From NCBI RefSeq assembly GCF_009834535.1, contig NC_045707.1, forward strand, positions 52,392,001 to 52,456,000: a DNA stretch of 64,000 bases, written 5' to 3'. Shown here piece after piece: positions 37,026 to 49,700 of the stretch. Both the position numbers and the translations under genes were made by a program. This stretch comes from Camelus ferus. Its lineage: Eukaryota. Within the stretch, counting starts at the first letter, position 1, and every line of letters starts with the position of its first letter. Under the pieces are notes generated by a model, which did no database searches, was not told where the DNA came from, and saw only the letters and a list, made by a program, of their open reading frames with translations.

Positions 37026-38999
37026 ACTTAATTACAACAAACATGCAACTGCTAGATAAGCAGGTCTGATTATATTCTGCTCTTAAGGAGTTTTATTTAT
37101 CAAATACTACTTCTAATTTATTTTTACAGTCTTTTTTTCTAAACATTCTTCTTTTGACATTTTATTTGTGAGAGAGACACTTGAAAGAAAACAATAATTT
37201 AGTTACAGAATCTGCTTCCTGTTAAGATCGGAATTTTCTTAATTTATTTTGTATTTGAATTTCCTTCTTGTTTAGTGGGGCTCCAATTGTACTAAAGTTT
37301 TAGTGGAAGAACATTCTCCTGGTACAAGGTGAATGAGTGTGTCTGTGTTACGCCTGTGTGTCTGGCTGGGGCTATGGAACTATGTGTGTCCCATTACGCC
37401 AGTGGTGAAAGATTAGTTTTTTTAATCTGGGAAATTGCCACCACCTTTCTGTGGGACATATTAAATGCTATATATATATTTTTAGTTTAAACTTAAATTG
37501 TGGCCAAGTTAGACCCCCAGAGGATTACGTATACATTTTATTCTGGGGAGAGTGCATACATTGAGGTCAGGAAATAGAATTTCTCCAGCCCCCATGAATC
37601 TATCCACCATCCACCATGTGCTTTTCACCAGTCCCCATACCCACTCACCCTTCCAGAGGTGACCACTATCCTCAAGAGGTTTGTTTTTTCCAGAGAACTC
37701 TGCCACGTTTTCTAGTGCTGACCATGCCATTTCACAAACTGAACTGAACTAACTAAACTTCTAAGCCTCCTCATTTGTGAAACCTCATGTAACCTTCCTC
37801 ATAGGGGTAAGAGCGTTATGAGCATCAAATGAGACAAAACATGTAGAGTCCTTAGCAAGGTGTTTGGGAGAAAATAATTCCAAACAATTTCAGTTATTAG
37901 TACCGTCACCATTGTCAATCCTCAGTACACTTGATCATCAAAATTCTAGTGAAAAGACACTACAGTTATTCCAATTTTATAAATGTTCTGATAATTTTCA
38001 GAAGCAATTAAGACAATCTAGCCACGTGTCATAGATTTAGTCATCGGCATAGAGCACACAATTATTTCTAATTTTTTTCTGCTGAATTAGAGAATTTTCT
38101 ACAGACTTTGAAACTATGAATCAGTGATTTAAAGTCCTTCATAATCAGAAAGGGAAATGATTGATTTAAGTGATACTGGGGAAAAGCTGTCGCATGTTAA
38201 AACCACGTGTCAGATTTGGGGTTGGTGCACCTGCTGTGTCCTTTGAGTCAAAGTCGCCGAGGGGACCTGAGGCCCTCCGTGCTGGTCCAGCTTGGTTCTC
38301 AGGTTGTCAGATTTCAGGTACAATGGTTGCCATGAAAACATCTTCCGTAGTGAAACATGTATCGATTTATTCCCACATGCTCAAAGGCGTTTCTGGTCAA
38401 TTCAGGCTAACTGGAAAGTCTGAGAAGCACATTTAAAATTCTCTGTCATTTCATTCCGCCTGACATCTCAGTTCAAAGTTGCTCAGTGAAGTGGGCCGAC
38501 GGCCTGGTGCCCAAGATGAAAGCCCCTGAATAAAAGATGAATGTGTGTGCTCATTCCAGCCCTCACTGCCAGATATCAAAGCCAATTAGGACACTTAGGG
38601 GCTCATTTCATGGCAGCGGGGACTGAAGATTGCGGGTTTTGACTACTAAATCAAGAAACCATGTTTTCCTACATAGGTTTGCAAGTGCAGAGTGATTTTT
38701 GTCTGTTTGCAATGACTCATGTGTATTTGTGCCTTAATTCACCGTGTTTCAACCCGAGCTTCACACATTCCATCTGTGTGAGCTTAGACAAGGACACTCA
38801 GGGCTACAGTGCAGATTTTCAAAATTTTGTTTTGGATTCTCAACTGTGTACAACAGGACCCCAGCTTCCCACCCATAAGATCGTTATCTCACCAAAGATT
38901 AGCAACAATTTTTTTTAATTTATCTTTTAAAATTTATTTATTTAATTTATCTTTTTATTATCATGTATATAATTCCTTTTTATTTGTCTTTAAAAACTT

Positions 39000-40600
39000 T
39001 ACTTATTTATTTAATTTATTTTTTGTTATCATATAGTCAGTCTGTTTTCACATTTCCCTAATTGGATGTTTAAATTTTGTTTAAATTGGGTTCCCAATGA
39101 GGTTCATATTTTGATTGCTTGAGGCTCTTTTATTTTCCCTTACATTAGCTTTTCTGTTGAAGAAACTGGGTAGTTTGTAGGGTTTGCCACAGTCTAGATT
39201 TCATTAATTTCAGCCTCATGGCATTTTAAACACACTCTTTTATTCTCTGTAGCACCTGTAAATCGGTGGGTCTAGATGTGTGGTCAGATTCAGCCTTGGT
39301 TTTGTTTTCTCCTTTTCTTTCCTTCCTTGCTTTCTTTCTTCTTATTTCTTTCCTTCCTTCCTTCCTTCCTTCTTTCCTTCCTTCCTTCTTTCCTTCTTTC
39401 CCTCCTTCCTTCCTTCCTTTCTTCCTTCCTTCCTTCCTTTTTCCTACTGGGTCTTTCCGTCAGGAAGCACATGCTGTCTGGTTATCTCCTTTTTTTGGGG
39501 ATATTTATCAGCCATTGATAATCTATGCTTAGATTTATTAATTCATTGGTTTTGCAAAACATTATTTTCTAATTCTATCATACTTCCTTCATTTAAAGCT
39601 GGGATAATTCAAGAAGGAAACCTTCCCTCGTTGACTATCTGGTTATGCCGATGTACAGATTTTACAGGGACGGCTTGATCATTACTTGACTCCCTCTCCC
39701 TCCAGTTTTAAAAACCAGTTTTAAAATGAGGAGTCGGCTCCTAACATACATCCAAGGTCGATGAATGAGCTGAGGTTCCTTCCTTTCTGATACGTATTGT
39801 AAACTTCTTGATCTTTCATGTGTTTTAATCCATTGCAACTAATATCTTTGTCAACATCCAAATCATTCTGTTTTTGGCCAGTGGGAGCCTATCCTGGTTA
39901 GCTCCTGAGTCCTTCTGATGGGGCCCGAGTTGTCCTGACCGCTCCCTCGCTCTCTGGGGCAGCGAGATGTTCCGGACTGATCTTGTAGTTGGAATCAGCT
40001 GTTTCTCAAGGAGCCCTTGTCTCCTCAGTGAGAGACGGTATTTGATGGCTGTAATCTGAGATGTCATACTGGCAGGTTGGTCTTTGCTCCTAGGCCTTGT
40101 CAGTGTATAGGACTAGGGGATATGCATGTTTTCAAAGGTAAGTCATGAGTCTACACTGATATTTCCAACTCAAACTGCGCATTACAGGGATTTTTCCAAC
40201 CCTCATTAATCTTGTCTCCCTTCGACCACACTTGAAAATCTCAGCTCCCGATGCCGACTGAAATGCTTGTCATGCAAAACACATCATAACAGGACAACAC
40301 TGCCACTACCACCGCCGGGAAAATGGTTTCAGAATTCTGTAGATTTTTTTCCTTTTTGTCCTTCAGGACTGTCCTACTATGGACATATGGTTACATTTCT
40401 GTGTGTTAAAGCTTAGTGTGTCTCCTCTCTAAGCAAGTACGCTGCCAACGAGATACACAGGTTTATTTGTTGTATTTGCTTTTGATTTGTAGGGGTGGCT
40501 TTTGAAAAGACATTTAAATGTGTTTCACAAATAACATAAAATAATGACATCATTCCAAAGTCAAATCTATTTTTCAAAAACCCAAAGCCATCCAGCTGAT
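39000..40600 (-). mobile_element. L1MC4/5-like 3' region
   Basis: ttgaagaaactgggt...; ttggccagtgggagcc...gctcctgagtccttctga; ggaatcagctgtttctcaaggagccc. Confidence 0.7.
39315..39440. repeat. (TTCC)n microsatellite
   Basis: Direct inspection. Confidence 0.95.
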
Positions 40601-40946
40601 AGCCGTCACGTCTGCCCCTGTTCTCACTCCTTCAATAGGGAACCGTGGGTGGGTGGTGAGCTTTAAACAGTCAATAAATAGTAGTTATGAATCCACTTTT
40701 TGAGCAAAGAATTCTACTAGTTCTGCTAAGTGACCCCTTAACATGCTTTAGAATTCCGTCCTCCGTAAATAAAATATAGAAGCAGGTGGCAGGTCATCAA
40801 AAAACAGTATTTTTGATGCTTTCTTTTTTCTTTTTTAAAAGTAATTTGTGGTCATTTCATAGTGTCTCCTTGTTGCACATCTGAGACTAATATAATAAAG
40901 AGGAAAATAATTAAAAGTAAATCAGTAAATTAAAAAGCACCTTTGG

Positions 40947-41341
40947 TGTGTTAGCTCCCCATGTGTGCTGTAACAAGTTTACGGCGCCCTCGGGGGGAGC
41001 CAGCAGGCCCTGGGGCTTGGCTGTGCCTTCGGGAAGATGCTAAACCCACTTCCGGCAGCTCCAGCTGACCCTTGGCTGTGGCCCCATCCCTCCCATCGCT
41101 GCCTCCGTGGTCACATGGCCTCCTCCTCTTTTTGTCAAATCTCCCCTGAAGGATTCTTACAAGATGCTTGTCCCTGTATTTAGGGACCCCTGAATAATCC
41201 ACGAAGATCTGGTCATCTGAAGCTCCTTAAATGAAAAGAGTTGGACAACACCATTTTCCAAATAAGGTCACATTCGCAGGCTCCAGGTGTGGGGGTGTGG
41301 ACATATTTTTGAGGGGGGAGGGCACTAGTCTACCTACTACA
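40947..41341 (-). mobile_element. MaLR solo LTR (MLT1C-like)
   Basis: tgtgttag...gctgtaacaa...ttttccaaataaggtcacattcgcagg...ctactaca. Confidence 0.75.
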
Positions 41342-44300
41342 AGGAGGAGCGGGACTAGTGTTGGTTAAAAAACCCTAAAACCTAGGGAGAAGGTCTTGAA
41401 TTAAAAGGTCCTATTGAACATCACCCTCATTTCCCCACCCCCAGTGGAGCTGAAGCCTCAGTTATGCAAGGTGAGTTCTAGAGGTCAGCTGTGTGGTGTT
41501 GGGCCCCAAGTCCACAATGCTGTGTTGTAGACTTAAGATTTTGTGAAGAGGGTAGATCTCGGGTTAAATACCCTTACCACACACAAAAAGTCTTACCAAA
41601 ATTTAATTGTACAAAGGAGATGCGGGTGGAGGAGTCTCTGCTCCAGCTGGAATCCCCTGGGGAGAGGACGCTGTGTCTGGGGCCGGGGTCCCCGGCTTCC
41701 TGACAGTGCTGGCCTGAGTGGGACCCTCGTCTCCGGGGTCTGGCAAGAAGAACGTAGGACCAGGGAGGAATCGAAATATTACTGCTTAACCACCAGGAAA
41801 GCATCAAAGTAAATCTATCAGTAACCCGAGGGACACAAATAGTAATAGAAGGAATAAAGAAATGAAGTGAATGCGTGGTGTTGACAGTTTAAAATAAGTC
41901 TTGAGCGTAAGTGAGGAAACAGTCCTTTGTGGTCACGCTATTTATAGTCCTTTTTTCTGATATTTCAGGTGTTTGAGACATTGAAATGCACGTGCCTTGC
42001 TAAACTGGGTATCACCACTGAGCATGTTTTCAGACATGCAATTAGTCGACTTTGTAATCAATGTTGAAATTCTCAAGAAACGTCAGTTTTCTGCATTTTG
42101 CCAGATTAAATAAATTAATTTATCAAACTGAGCATTAAACAAATAGTAATGAAGGCTTCACTTCACACACTTAAAAGAACATACTAATTGCCTTCGTGAC
42201 TGAGACCTTTTTTAAAGGACGAACCTGCTTCCTTTTCTTACCCCTCCCCTTGGGGGCCCCTCCTGGAGCCGACTGGGGGTGCCCCAGCTCCCCCCTCAGC
42301 CTCTTTCTGAAAGGAGTTGAGACCTCTAGCCCTTGACGCTGGAGGCCAGTGGGGGCCTCCTTTTCTGACCCTGAGGTCTCCCAAAGTTACCCACCTCCCA
42401 TTGCAGTCAACTCACATCTATGTCAGTTTATTGTTAAGTCAGATGTGCAGTCACGTTTGGGGGTGCTACTACTGTCTCAATGATGAGTTGATTGTACGGA
42501 ATAGATACTCCACTGCAATGCCTCATTCTCAACTCCTGTTTCTTCAGCAGAATTCTGTTTTCATGCAGCATAGGAATAGACCCTCTCCCCAGGAATACGG
42601 TCTTTGCTTTTATGAGTAATAAATTTGTTATTCTTGTTTTCTCCCTTTGAGAACTTTCCTAGGCTCCCTGCCCAGCCACTCTGGATGTGACAATTACTTC
42701 TGTTTTTGCTTTTCTTTCTGGTGCTCTCAGCAATGGTCCTGAAATACACCCAGCTTCCGCTGCTGGATGGGTGCAAATTGACGACCCCTCCGGACACAGG
42801 TACCCATAAAACGGCAGACCCAGCACCTGGTGGAAATATTTGTTTTCTCTTCCTAACTCAGAAAGTTGATTCAGAGTCCACCGAGAGCAACTTTCAAAGG
42901 GAAGTTGAGCTCACTTTTTCATTGGTAGGTTTCTACTGCTGGGAGAAGGCTAAATAAAGGTTCCATGTGGTGTTTGCAACAAGGGAAAATTCAGCGGAGA
43001 AATGCGTGGCTCCTTCCAAACTGGGCAGTGATTGGGGTCATACTTGTCAGGGAGCGAGAAAGGTTGCTTGGAGGTCACCGGGAAACAGGTCCAGGCCTGA
43101 CGTCTGAGTGTGATGTGTCATTGTGTCTCCTCCTCATCTTAGGGGACAGTCTGGAAGCACCCTGAACGTTTTCTCTTTGCCGTTTGAAATTTCTGGGTAC
43201 TGTTCTCTCATTTTATAAATAGAAAAAGCAGTGCATCAAGGGAGAGATTAAACGACTCCTTGGAAAGAGAGCTGACTCACTCCTTCCTTAGGTCTGTATG
43301 TACTGAGTATGTTTCATGACCCAGAATGGGCTGGGCTCTGGGGTCACAGGGATGGAGAAGGCAGGGAGGCTGAGAGTGTCCCTGCGCACCTGTGCAGCAT
43401 GTCTCGCCATGGTACAATGGCTCTGCCTGCACGCAGCTCCCCTCAGGCCCTGGCCTCGTGATGTCCCCAGCCTGTGAGGATTAGCATGTCTGGCCATTTC
43501 AGGACTCCGTTCAGCACGTCGGGTGCAAGACCTTAACTTCCCAGGGATAGAGGAGGCCACCAATGTGAACACACAGTCGCAGAGACTTAGTGGAGACAAA
43601 GAAGGAGGACCATCGGACGGCTGAAAGCTGTGCTGGACGATCATGGTGGCTTATGGGGTCAGCTCTGCACATGACTGGAAAGACATTGCCCGCCATCACT
43701 GCGGAGGTCAACATACAATTTTGTTGGTGACATGCAGCCCAGCAAAGTGTCTCCCTTACTTCTCCCTGTGAACTTGACCCATATGAAGCCAGGCTATGCT
43801 TGAGTGATGCTGTGTGTGGCAGGATGCACTTGCCCAGGGCAAACAGACCCAGGTTTCTAAGGTAGAAAGGTGGGCAAGGACCTGCACGACAACCACCCTG
43901 GGCATCTCCTGAGTTCCCTTCCTGGTTGTCAGGGCTGAAGCACCCACGCTGGAAATAAAAAGTCACCCCTGAGATCCAACATCATTGAATCAACAGAAGT
44001 GTTTTCTGAGACGGGTCAAGAAGGGATGATTGGCAGAGGGGTGGCTGGCGTCAGGCACAGAGCCTACAGCCCCAGCATGCTGCTCAGCCACGTGAACACA
44101 GCCATCTGGAACCTTCTGTGAGGGTGCCTGGTGGCATAGACCCTCCCTTAGAAATACTTCGTGCCGTCCCCATGTGTGTCCCAGCAGTGACATTCGCCCG
44201 GCAGCGTCACGTTGGAGAGGAATGTCAGTGTGTCCCACTGAGAACCACCACCCCTCCTGTTCTCACTCTTCCTCCTTCTTGCTTTTTTGGAGAATTTCCT

Positions 44301-45760
44301 TCCTTTTGGACTTTCCCTTTCCTTACAACGTGATGAACAGCAGCTTCTTCCCAGCCACGCTCCTCTCAGTGAGTATTTTTCTGTTTTCCTGCCTCCACCT
44401 GCCTTAAACCACACTCCTCCTTTCCGCCTGGGTCTGGAGATTTTCTACCACGTCTCAGCCCGTCCGCCCAGAGTGGGTGGCTCCTGGTCCCAGCCCTGCA
44501 TGGGAGAACTCATACCCATGTTTGTAAATGTTTAGGACCATCATAATACGGAAAAAAGAGTCCAGCAATCTGGAAACAAACATGAAGCCTGTGAGCTACT
44601 GACAGTGGGGGAAAAAGAACTCTTCTGGGAAATCATTCCGCAGGACACCTTTTAAAAAATCAGTGAAAAGCCGCAATGGCAGGAGTAACAAAAACTATGT
44701 GATGAATCAAGGCAAGGGGCCAAATGCCATAAATGTAACGCATCTTTCTGAGAACTTCTCACCTGATGAAGACTGCGTGGCTTGGCGTCTCAGCACTGGG
44801 GTTCTGGGGTCACCAGCTGGTGCGGGTGTGTTCCAACCAGCGAGTCTTACACCGGACATCCCAGACGCGACACCTCTGCCTCGTCACACCGGTTCTAACA
44901 GACTCACGTCCACGCAGTGGTTCACGCTGGTCCCAGGCGTGTCCAGAAGAGACATCCACGGCCCCCGTGGCTGGATCTTCTATGGGGTGAATTGCATATG
45001 AAACAACATCATCATTGCCTTCCGTTTGGAACTGAAATTTACATTGTCCAATTGTTTTGATCTGGCAAGGTGAGATCTTAATATTTGGCAAATATCTGTA
45101 GCCTGTACTTATATTAAAGCAAATACTTATAATCTGTACATATTCTCTACAAAGCGAAGATACTGAAGAAATCAAACACAGTCCATGTGCAGGACGTCAT
45201 TTGCTGTTTTGTTTTGTTGGCTGAGTCCCAGTCGTTGTCTGTGTCATAACTGATGGAGGAAGAGAAGTAGACTTTGGAGTTGAAATTGGAAATATGATAA
45301 TTCCTATGAAAAGATTCAATTTGCTATATACAGTTTTTGGCTTTACTGCCATACAAAATACTGCTATTTAATTTCCACGTAGCATTTTCTCTGATCTAAC
45401 ATAAAGTTTTAAATGTCAACCTACAAACATCCCAGTTAAATGTCACTTGTGTTGATTTTTTTTTCTCAGAAATAAGTTAAAAATGAAAATTCCAGAAATA
45501 GTCAACCAATGCTAACATAAGAGCCAGAAGCAAAGTGCTCCAAAGAAGTTCAGCAAATTCAAATTCAGTCCACGGTGGAGAACCCTGGTTGTTCCCTATG
45601 TGTTATGTAGATGGAAATGTGTGTGTGTAAATATTTAATACATGTTAAAATCCACCCAGTCTTTAAGCCTGCTTATGCAGAGCTACATTAAAATGGAGAA
45701 ACTGTCATTGGAAAAGGGGCATGAAATGGCTTCTGAAATGTATGTTAGGTATATGGATCT

Positions 45761-46490
45761 TTTTTTTTTAATTTAAAGAGTTTTTATTGAAGTATAGTCG
45801 GTTTATAAAATTGTGTCAATTTCTGGTGACAGCATAATGCTTCAGTCATACATGCACATACATAGATTCCTTTTCATCCTTTTTTTCATTACAGGTTACT
45901 ACAAGATATTGAATATAGTTTCCTGTGTTGTTTATTTTATATATAGTAGTTAGTATCTGCAAATCTTTAACTCCCAATTTATCCCTTCCCAACCCCGTCC
46001 CCCCTGGTAACCATAAGTTTGTTTTCTATCTCTGTGAGTCTGTTTCTGCTCTGTAAATAAGTTCATTTGTGTCCTTTTTTTAGATTCCACATATAAGTGA
46101 TAGCATATGGTAGTTTTCTTTCTCTTTCTGGCTTACTTCACTTAGAATGATGATTTCTAGGTCCATCCATGTTGCTACAAATGATATTTTCTTTTTTCAT
46201 TGCTGAGTAGTATTCCATTGTATAAACATACCACAGCTTCCTTATCCAGTCATCTGTCAGTGGACATTTAGGTTGCTTCCACATCTTGGCTATTGTAAAA
46301 AGTGCTGCTATGAACATTGGCATGAGTGTGTCTTTTCTAATTAGAGTTCCCTCTGGATATATGCCCAGGAGTGGGATTGCTGGATCATATGGTAAGTCTA
46401 TTTTTAGTTTTTTAAGGAATCTGCATACTGTTTTCCATGTGGCTGCACCAAACTACATTCCCATCAACAGTGTTGGAGGGTTCCTTTTCC
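45761..46490 (-). mobile_element. 5'-truncated L1 with ORF2 C-terminus
   Basis: ORF 46138-46323 ([20 protein letters not shown]...MEYYSA), followed by 3'UTR and poly(A). Confidence 0.92.
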
Positions 46491-46844
46491 AGGAATTGTT
46501 TAAGTGAAATGCTGTTGAATAGTTGGTGTGCAATTAATTTTTTAGCATAAAGCAGGAGCTTTACTTTTATTTGTATTAAATTCTCATCTTGTTGATTTGG
46601 ACACATCACTCAGCCCATTGACCTCTCTCTGAATTGTGATTTCCTTGTAGTTTATAAGCTCTCTCTTCCTGACTCTCTTCCTTGGCAGGACAGTGAGGTG
46701 GACTGACTTTGCTTGCATGGCTTCTGGGTCAGTCAGGGCCCTGGCAGAAAAGAGACGGCTCACTCACTGGGTCACTGAGGAAAGTTTGCTACAGGAATTG
46801 CTCTCAAACACAGAGGCTGGGTTTCAGAAATCAATGGGACATTT

Positions 46845-47365
46845 TTTACAGTAGCCAAAAGGTGGAAGCATCCCAAGTATCTGCTGATGGATGACTCGAT
46901 GAACAGAATGTGGTCCACGCATTCAGTGGGGCACTGCTCACCTTTAAACAGGAAGGGGATTCTGACACATGATGCATCATGGATGCATCCTGAGACATTA
47001 TACTAAGTGAAATAAGGCAGGAAAAAAGGACAAATACTGTATGATTCCACCTTCCTGAGGTCCCTGGAGCAGCCAGGTTCGCAGAGACAGAGGGTGGAAG
47101 GGTGGGTCCTGGGGCGGGCGTGGGGATGGGGGATGGGCGAGAGGACGAGAAGGGGGCTGGCAGATGAGGGGATGAGGAGCTGTGTGTAATGGGAGCAGAG
47201 TTTCAGTTCTGTGAGATGAAACGCGTTCTGGAGATGCAGTTAGCAGTGGTTCACAGGAATGTGACTGTATTTAATGCTCCTGGACTGTGCCTTTATAAAG
47301 GGGTAAGATGGTAACTTTTATGTTACATGTGTTTTATCATAATTTATTTAAAAAAAAAAAAAAAG
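46845..47365 (+). mobile_element. L1MB-like 3' end
   Basis: agccaaaaggtggaagcatcccaagt...gacaaatactgtatgattccac...tttatgttacatgtgttttatcataa, then an A-tail. Confidence 0.85.
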
Positions 47366-47429
47366 GAAAAGAAACCAATGGGGAAGGGTGTGACAGCCTG
47401 GAAGCTGTCAGCAGCCCCAGAGGAGGAAG

Positions 47430-47900
47430 GCGAGTGTTCAGGAACCTGGGAGCGCAGCGCCACGCACAGGACCGTCCGGCAGAGGCTGTGGCCGTCAGTG
47501 GCGGGACACCTTCGAGGGACACGCGTGGACAACAGAGACAGGGAGCTCGCGCTTCCTCCGGCCGCTTTCTGCCAGCACCTGTCGGCGGCGGGGCCAGCTG
47601 GGCTGGGAGGCGGGCCGCCCACTCCGGGCAGCCGCCCGGGGACACGCGAGTGGAGGGGGCCGGCGGGGCCCCCGGGGCAGTGACGGCGGGGCGGCCGGCT
47701 CAGGTCCCGAGGGCTCGGGCGGGCGGGGAGGGTGCTTCTGAGCCTGCGGGACAGAATCTGGGCCTTTCCAAAGAGAATGGGAGTCAGAGAGGAATGACAG
47801 CCAGATCACCTGTCCTGAGCGGGTGCGAACACGTCCGCAGAGCACACCGCCGCTGAGTAGATCGCTGTGACCTCGGAAGCAGGAGGCGGCCAGTGAGAAC
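47430..47900. promoter_or_regulatory. Intergenic (orphan) CpG island
   Basis: Dense CpG and GC boxes (GGGCGG) between two L1 fragments; no gene start recognised. Confidence 0.65.
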
Positions 47901-48009
47901 GCAATCTCTGTTTTCCTGGAGTCTGCAGAAGTGTCAACGGCTAGTGAACTTTTAAGTAATGCTTATGTTTCTTAGAGGAAATGGGGCCTGTTTTTACTGT
48001 GAATGAAAA

Positions 48010-48440
48010 CACATTATCTGCTTTCCCTCCCTGGGCTTTGCGTTTAGTGTTGTAGCTAAAGGTCTTTGCCAAGTCCGAGGTCACCCACGTGCTTTTCTAG
48101 GAGTCGTATCATTTTGCATTTTTATTTCGACCTGTGATCCTCTTTGAGTTAAATTCTGTGAAAGGTGTAAGGTCTGTATCTAGAATTATTTTATTATTAG
48201 GTTTTTGATCCGTGGATGTCCGGTTGCCCCAGCACATTTGTGGAGAAGACCCCTTCCTCTGTTCCTTTGCCTTTGCTTCTGGTCAAGGGTCAGCTGACTA
48301 CTGACTGTCTCTGGGCCAGGGTCCCGGCTCCCTGTTCTGTCCCATCCATCTGCCCATCTTGTTCACCAGCACACAACTGCTTTGACTATGTGGCTTCACG
48401 GTAAGTCGTGAGGCCGGGTCCCGTTGGTCCTTTATTCCTT
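48010..48440 (-). mobile_element. L1 ORF2 fragment
   Basis: gagttaaattctgtgaaaggtgtaaggtctg...ccagcacatttgtggagaagac. Confidence 0.7.
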
Positions 48441-49549
48441 GTGTGTAGCTCTTATTTCATTCTTTAAAAAAATCTGAGATGGCCACAGGGTGCTTGGTGC
48501 AGCCTCTTTCTTCTTAGTTTATTTTCTACTTTTTATTCCGTAATAAATTCCTAGCAGATACATTGTTGAAATTTTAAAGGCGAGCCTGTCCCCCACCTTT
48601 CTTGTATGGTTATCTCCTCATGTTGAGGTAGGAAGGCTTAAGCATTGTCAGAATGGACATGTCAGAATAATCTTGGACGGCCTCAAACAATTTCCTGTAT
48701 TTGCAAAGGGCAGCTTGAAAGTGGCCATTTACCATAACCAAGTGTAAATCGGCCGGTTTCCGCAGGTCAGCTACACTGTACACTATTTCCTCTTGGATGG
48801 TTGTATTTCACAAATATGTGATACTAGTATTATTTAAATGCCATTGTGCATGTTCAGAAAATACTATTATATACCTAATGTTAATGCAGACAAAAACCAA
48901 TGATGCATTAAAACCTTAAAGGGGTGGGACATGGATATAATTTCTGGGGCAGTGACAAGGTGGGTTGATGAAAAGTTCCCATGACGGCATCACTTCATTG
49001 AAATACTCCATATTACTCAGAGTAAGTCCTGCAGCATCTGACATGCAGATGCAGGTGCTAGACAAGACCTGCTGAGATTTGCATTTTAATATCTCCCAGA
49101 GACTCAAGCACCTCCAGCCAGAGGGGCAGGAGGAGACTTCCGTTTGAGCTGTGATTTATCGGATGAGCTATGGGCCTCTGGTGTTGATAATTGTTTTAAG
49201 TCCCGCTGTTCTCGCCGATGCTGCCTTTTAATCAGCATCTTACAGCTGCATCACCACAGCCATCCATCTACCGTTCTCTTAGCTTGGAACATTTCAGCCT
49301 CTTTCTATTTTATTTTTTAGAGTTGGCTTTGTGTTTGCAGTGTCACGTCTACATTTTAAAGAGACAGGCAGGGAAAGGAGAGAAAGTAAAACCCGGATTC
49401 TCAGAGACCGCTCATTTTCTTCGTGATGAATTTCACAGTGGAAAGCATGTCGGGCACTGGTCCTTTTCACTTGCGGAAGAGTTCAAAGGCCTGATTTTAC
49501 AATATCCTGTTTTTCTTATATTCTTCCCCCACCTTTTTTGTACGTATAT

Positions 49550-49700
49550 ATATTTTTTATTGAAGTATAGTCAGTTTACAATGTTGTGTCAGTTTCTGGT
49601 GTACAGCACAATGCTTCAGTGATACATGAACATACGTGTATTCATTTTCATATTCTTTTTCAGCATAAGTTACTACAAGATATTGAATACACGGCATGAA
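49550..49700 (-). mobile_element. Short L1 3' end
   Basis: ttttttattgaagtatagtcagtttacaatgttgtgtc...tactacaagatattgaata. Confidence 0.8.

Noticed and set aside
39266..39678. LPSF-repeat ORFs
   Set aside because: Translation of a (TTCC)n microsatellite.
47308..47856. 182-aa ORF
   Set aside because: Starts in an L1 tail and runs through a CpG island; no coding signature.
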